DNA of 64,000 nucleotides from Thomasclavelia spiroformis (GTDB lineage Bacteria; Bacillota_I; Bacilli_A; Erysipelotrichales; Coprobacillaceae): NCBI RefSeq assembly GCF_018369555.1, contig NZ_JAGZCC010000002.1; one strand, 5' to 3'. Shown piece by piece: positions 59,479 to 64,000 of this stretch (position 1 is its first letter; each line of letters starts with the position of its first letter). The notes under the pieces were generated by a model. It saw only the letters and a program-made list of their open reading frames with translations, ran no database searches and was not told where the DNA came from. The position numbers and the translations under genes were made by a program.

Positions 59479-62400
59479 ATGAAAAAGGTTTTAAAATGTT
59501 CGTTAACATTAGCTCTTGCTTTATCATGTGTACCAATGAACACAAGTAAGTTAGATGCATTAGCAGCTTCTAATATTGAAGTAACTAATTCTAATAATGT
59601 TGTAACAATTGGAAACGAGTATATTGAAAGAGAATTTTCAACAGCAGATAAAAAATTAAAAACTGCAAGTATTGAAAACAAGCGTGCAAATACAACATTT
59701 ACACCTGCTGATGGTAGCGAAGAATTTATCATTAAAACAACTAAAGAGCAAAAAGATGCTCCAGTTGTACCAGCGTTAAATCGTGATGGATGGACAGCAA
59801 AAGCTGATAGTTACCATAATCAATCAGGACCAAGTGATGGACCAGCACAAAATTTATTAGATGGTAATGTTGATTCAATCTGGCATACTAATTACGGTGG
59901 AGGAACTGGTGATCAAGAATATCCTCATAATGTTGTAATTAATTTAAACAGTGAACAAACATTCCAAGCATTTTCTTATACACCTAGAAAACAAGGTGAA
60001 GAAACAAACGGAAATATTAAAGGATATGAATTATGGGTTTATAATGGAGCAGTTGGTGAAGATTTAGCAATTGATTCAACTGAATGGAAACAAGTTGCTA
60101 AAGGTGATTTTACTTATGAAGGAGTAAATCCAATTTATGTAAATTTAAAAGAGGCTACAACTGCAACACAAATTAAGTTTGTTGCAACTTCATCTAACAA
60201 TGGAGCTAAATTTGCTGGTGGTGCAGAATTTAATTTACATGCAGAAAAAGCACCTATTGAAGATGATAACACACGTTCTTTTGAAACAAGTGATTTAACT
60301 TTAAAAGAAAATGGAGTAAAAGTAGAAGATACTACTGCTACAATTAATAAAACAGAAAAAATTGGTAAAAAAGTAACTTTTTCTTTTGAACCATATAATT
60401 TTAAAGGCGTAGATTATACAATTAATGAAGTTGTTGTTATGTATGAAGGAGATCACTTCATGCGTAAATACATGGAAATTAGTGTACCTGATGAACATGC
60501 AGATGAAGCTGAAATCGATTATATTGATTTAGAATCATTAAATGTTAATGAAAGTGACGCCACTTGGACTATTCCAACTGGAAAAGGTGGCGTTGTTGAA
60601 ATGGATGAATTTAAAGCTAATTTAGGACAACCAATTTATATTCAAGGTATGTTTATGGGATGTGAATTTCCTTTAGCTGATACACAAATTGTTAATGATA
60701 ATGGTTATATCAGATATTATACAGGAAAAACATTTAATAAATTAGTTGAAGATAAGCAAGCTGCTAGCAATGATGGTATGACTAATTACATGACATGGCA
60801 AACAGTGGCTGGTGCTGCTAGAAGTACTGATAATTCTGTAATTCAGGCAGATTTTTATGATTATATTAAATCTATTGCTACACCTTCTGAATTTAGAATT
60901 CAATATAATTCATGGTTTGATAACATGATGAGAATTGATGATGAAAATATTCTAAATTCATTTATTGAAGTTGATAGAGAATTAAATAATACAGGTGTTA
61001 GACCATTGGATTCATATGTTGTAGATGATGGATGGAATAACTACAATGATACACATGTTGTAGATGCAGTTCGTTCTGGAACAACATTAAATAAAACAGG
61101 ATTCTGGGAATTCAATAGTAAATTCCCTCAAGGATTAACACCTTCAAGTGAATTAGTAAATAATTTTGGAAGTAACTTTGGGGTATGGATTGGACCACGT
61201 GGTGGTTATAACTTCTATAGTTCTTTAGCTGACATTTTAGTTAAAAATGGTACAGGAAGCAAAGCTGGAAACTCAATTGATGTAGCAGATCGTAACTACA
61301 TTAAGAACTTCCAGAAAATGGCTGTAAATTGGCAAAAAGAATACAAAGTTAACTACTGGAAATGGGATGGATTTGCTGATAGAGCACAATTTAATGCTTT
61401 CCCTGCTAGAGATGGGGTACCAGGGTATGCAAACAATCACATGACAGGTGGATATAAAAACATGTATCATGTAACTGATATGTGGGAAGCATGGATTGAT
61501 TTATTTGAAGCAGTTCGTCAAAGTGAAATTGATGATAATATCAATAATTTATGGATTTCATTAACTTGTTATGTAAATCCAAGCCCTTGGTATTTACAAT
61601 GGGCAAATAGTGTATGGATTCAATGTACACATGACCGTGGGGATGCTGGACCAATTAATAACAAAATGGATACTATGTTAACTTATCGTGAAGCTGTTTA
61701 TTATGACTTCATTAAGCAACATGAATTCCAATTCCCACTTGCAAACCTTTATAACCATGATCCAGTTTATGGAGTTGAGGGTACACAAATTAATATTAAT
61801 TCAATGACTGATGAACAATTTAAAAATTACTTATATATGATGTCAACTCGTGGAACAAGTTTCTGGGAATTGTATTATTCTGATTCAATCATGACAAAAG
61901 GTAAGTATGAAGTTAATGCTGAATTCTTAGCATGGGCAGAAGAAAATTTCCATATTTTAAAAAATGCTAAGATGTTTGGTGGAAATCCAGCTAATGGTGT
62001 TAAATTAGGTGGAATCGGTCAATCAACTAAATTTGAAACATATGGATTCTCTGCTTGGGATGGTGAAGATGGAATTATCTCAATGCGTAATCCTGATAGC
62101 AAAGCACAAACAATCACATTTACTTTAGATCGTAATATTGGTCTTGTAGAATCTATTAAAGATAAAACTTTATATAGTACAGGAATTCATAGTTATAATA
62201 TGCCAGAAGGTGGAAATGATAACTATAAAGAATTTACATATGGTCAAGAAGTAACTGTTACTTTACAACCTGGTGAAACAAGACTTTGGTCTTTATCAAC
62301 TACTAAAGATGTAGAAGCTCCTGCTTATACAACTTTATCAACTGATGGAGATAAAACATTAAATGTTAAATTTGATGAAAAAGTAATTGGAACAGATTTT

Positions 62401-64000
62401 GATGTTACAGTAAATGGAGAAGCTGTAGAAGTAACTAACGTTAATAAGAGTGTTGATCAAGTTTCTTATGAAATTGAATTAGCTTCTAAACCAGCTAACA
62501 ATGCAACAGTTGTTGTAACTGCTAAAAACATTACTGATTTAAATGGAAACAAAGTTGCTGAAGCTCAAAAATCAGTAGTATTCCATAAAAATAATACTGC
62601 TTTATCTGTTAAAGCTGATAAAGTAACTGGTTCTAAACTTGTAGGAACTGCAACAAAATCATTAAATAATGATAATGGATTTAGTGTACTTGTTGATGTT
62701 AATACAACAGTAACTAATAAAGAACTTGCTAGTCAAGGATATACAGTAGGCGTTAATGCTGAAGGTAAAGCATACTTTACATTAGGTAATGCAACTGCTA
62801 CATCTAAAGTTGTAGTAAATGATGGTACTGATCATCAAATTCAAGCAGTTAAAGAAAATAATGGTATCTTAAAATTATATGTTGATGGAAAATTACAAAG
62901 TTCAGCATATGATAAAGATAATAAAACATTAGTTATTGAAGCTGCTAAGACTACTCTTGGTAGTGATGGATTTGAAGGAAAATTAGGTATTAAAGTATTA
63001 GATAAAGCATTAGGATACAATGAATTTACAGCTGATAGTGGTGAAGAAGGACTAATCCCAAGTGAAAATATTAATCCAACAGCTACTACATTTGATGGCG
63101 GTGAAGGTGCTGTAGCTAATAATGCAAATGATGGTAATACAAATACTTATTGGGCAAGTGCACAAACTGCTGACAATAGAACTGAAAAACAATATTTAAC
63201 TTATGAATTATCAAACACTTATACAGTAAACAAAGTTCAATATATTCCAAGATTCGATGCTACTCAAAAATTAAATTGTACAGGTAATATTTTAGAATAT
63301 GTTGTAGAAACAAGTATAGATGGTCAAGAATGGAAACAAGTAGCAACTGGTGCTACAGTAAGAGAAGGTAACGGGGTTACTGATATTGTTTTTGAAACTC
63401 CAGTTGAAGCAAAATATGTGCGTTTAAGTGCAAATGATACATATCATTGGAAACAAGGTTCAAATAATACAATTGTTACAGCAGCAGAATTTAAAGTATA
63501 TGGTAAAATTGAATTAGATACTATTGCTTTAAGTCAACGTATTGAAGAATTAGAAAAAGTTGATACAACAAATTGTACTGAAGAAAGTGTTGCAGAATTT
63601 AACGCTTTATTAGATGAAGCTAGAGATGTATTAGAAAATGCTACTAATCAAGAAGAAATTGCTCAAATGATTGAAGCATTAAAGAATGCAGAAGGTATTT
63701 TAAAACCTAATGAACCAGTAGTAGAAGCTGATAAAACATTATTATCTATTGCAGTAAATGTTGCTAAAGCAGTAACTGAAGAACAATTAAATCAAGTTGT
63801 TCCTGTTGTGAAAAAAGAGTTTACTGATGCTCTTCAAGAAGCAGAATTAATTTTAGCAGATTCTAAAGCTAGTCAAGAAACTGTTAATAATTCATTTAAA
63901 CGTCTTGCTAAAGCAATTCAAATGTTAGACTTTGTAAAAGGTGATAAAACTGCATTACAAACTTTAGTTGATGAAGTTAAGGCAATGGAAAGCAGTAATT
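59479..64000 (+). CDS. Giant secreted multidomain glycoside hydrolase (5' partial, over 1500 aa). Signal peptide, F5/8 type C (CBM32-like) domains, a catalytic domain with GH27/GH36-like motifs (YVVDDGW, NYWKWDGF), Ig-like domains, and FIVAR repeats starting near 63700.
   Basis: Open frame from the ATG at 59479 (RBS AAGGAGGAAGG) to the window end. It is absent from the ORF track because no stop lies in the window. The listed minus-strand ORFs inside it are antisense artefacts. Confidence 0.65.
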   Translation, partial: MKKVLKCSLTLALALSCVPMNTSKLDALAASNIEVTNSNNVVTIGNEYIEREFSTADKKLKTASIENKRANTTFTPADGSEEFIIKTTKEQKDAPVVPALNRDGWTAKADSYHNQSGPSDGPAQNLLDGNVDSIWHTNYGGGTGDQEYPHNVVINLNSEQTFQAFSYTPRKQGEETNGNIKGYELWVYNGAVGEDLAIDSTEWKQVAKGDFTYEGVNPIYVNLKEATTATQIKFVATSSNNGAKFAGGAEFNLHAEKAPIEDDNTRSFETSDLTLKENGVKVEDTTATINKTEKIGKKVTFSFEPYNFKGVDYTINEVVVMYEGDHFMRKYMEISVPDEHADEAEIDYIDLESLNVNESDATWTIPTGKGGVVEMDEFKANLGQPIYIQGMFMGCEFPLADTQIVNDNGYIRYYTGKTFNKLVEDKQAASNDGMTNYMTWQTVAGAARSTDNSVIQADFYDYIKSIATPSEFRIQYNSWFDNMMRIDDENILNSFIEVDRELNNTGVRPLDSYVVDDGWNNYNDTHVVDAVRSGTTLNKTGFWEFNSKFPQGLTPSSELVNNFGSNFGVWIGPRGGYNFYSSLADILVKNGTGSKAGNSIDVADRNYIKNFQKMAVNWQKEYKVNYWKWDGFADRAQFNAFPARDGVPGYANNHMTGGYKNMYHVTDMWEAWIDLFEAVRQSEIDDNINNLWISLTCYVNPSPWYLQWANSVWIQCTHDRGDAGPINNKMDTMLTYREAVYYDFIKQHEFQFPLANLYNHDPVYGVEGTQININSMTDEQFKNYLYMMSTRGTSFWELYYSDSIMTKGKYEVNAEFLAWAEENFHILKNAKMFGGNPANGVKLGGIGQSTKFETYGFSAWDGEDGIISMRNPDSKAQTITFTLDRNIGLVESIKDKTLYSTGIHSYNMPEGGNDNYKEFTYGQEVTVTLQPGETRLWSLSTTKDVEAPAYTTLSTDGDKTLNVKFDEKVIGTDFDVTVNGEAVEVTNVNKSVDQVSYEIELASKPANNATVVVTAKNITDLNGNKVAEAQKSVVFHKNNTALSVKADKVTGSKLVGTATKSLNNDNGFSVLVDVNTTVTNKELASQGYTVGVNAEGKAYFTLGNATATSKVVVNDGTDHQIQAVKENNGILKLYVDGKLQSSAYDKDNKTLVIEAAKTTLGSDGFEGKLGIKVLDKALGYNEFTADSGEEGLIPSENINPTATTFDGGEGAVANNANDGNTNTYWASAQTADNRTEKQYLTYELSNTYTVNKVQYIPRFDATQKLNCTGNILEYVVETSIDGQEWKQVATGATVREGNGVTDIVFETPVEAKYVRLSANDTYHWKQGSNNTIVTAAEFKVYGKIELDTIALSQRIEELEKVDTTNCTEESVAEFNALLDEARDVLENATNQEEIAQMIEALKNAEGILKPNEPVVEADKTLLSIAVNVAKAVTEEQLNQVVPVVKKEFTDALQEAELILADSKASQETVNNSFKRLAKAIQMLDFVKGDKTALQTLVDEVKAMESSN

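Noticed and set aside
59421-61470. Minus-strand ORFs 59421-59732, 60301-60498 and 61273-61470
   Set aside because: They are antisense to a continuous plus-strand frame of more than 1500 codons. That frame has a signal peptide, an RBS and conserved GH and CBM motifs.
1-64000. CRISPR arrays, IS elements or transposases, rRNA and tRNA genes
   Set aside because: No CRISPR-type arrays of short regularly spaced direct repeats, no transposase or integrase ORFs, and no rRNA- or tRNA-like conserved segments were seen. The only dispersed repeats are the promoter/terminator units and the roughly 750-bp GH tail cassette.

Overview
Low-GC (about 30% GC) Gram-positive, Firmicutes-type chromosomal window; likely Clostridia or Erysipelotrichia-like, but that is a guess. 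Gene content in order: (1) a 1978-aa cell-wall-anchored GH92 alpha-mannosidase. (2) A 1.4-kb gene-free interval made of tandemly repeated promoter/terminator units, candidate sRNAs. (3) A nitrogen-assimilation operon glnN (type III glutamine synthetase)-asnB-gltB-gltD. (4) A Y-family polymerase with a YolD-like partner. (5) A fructan utilisation locus: wall-anchored GH32 fructanase, a 4-gene SBP-HK-RR-SBP sensor module, and a mannose-family PTS IIABCD. (6) HAD phosphatase, a long class I phosphomannose-isomerase-like protein, and an AT-rich islet of small unknown genes. (7) NSS transporter, prepilin peptidase, nitroreductase-like protein, GNAT. (8) A minus-strand block: methyltransferase, BirA, CorA, MATE, MerR, DUF368. 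(9) A T-box-like leader in front of a COG2984-type ABC transporter. (10) MATE, Bcp, HAD. (11) A CI/HdiR-like XRE-S24 repressor with divergent small peptide genes. (12) An Lsa-like ARE ABC-F gene interrupted by an in-frame stop and preceded by a leader-peptide attenuator. (13) A DUF4352-like lipoprotein. (14) The 5' 4.5 kb of another giant multidomain glycoside hydrolase. No CRISPR, rRNA, tRNA or transposase was seen. The most unusual signals are the repeated noncoding units carrying TGTAA-N6/7-TTACA palindromes upstream of the glnN operon, the NarL-type four-component fructan sensor, the shared anchoring cassette with an SVKTG-type sorting signal on three giant GHs, and the interrupted ABC-F gene with its attenuator.
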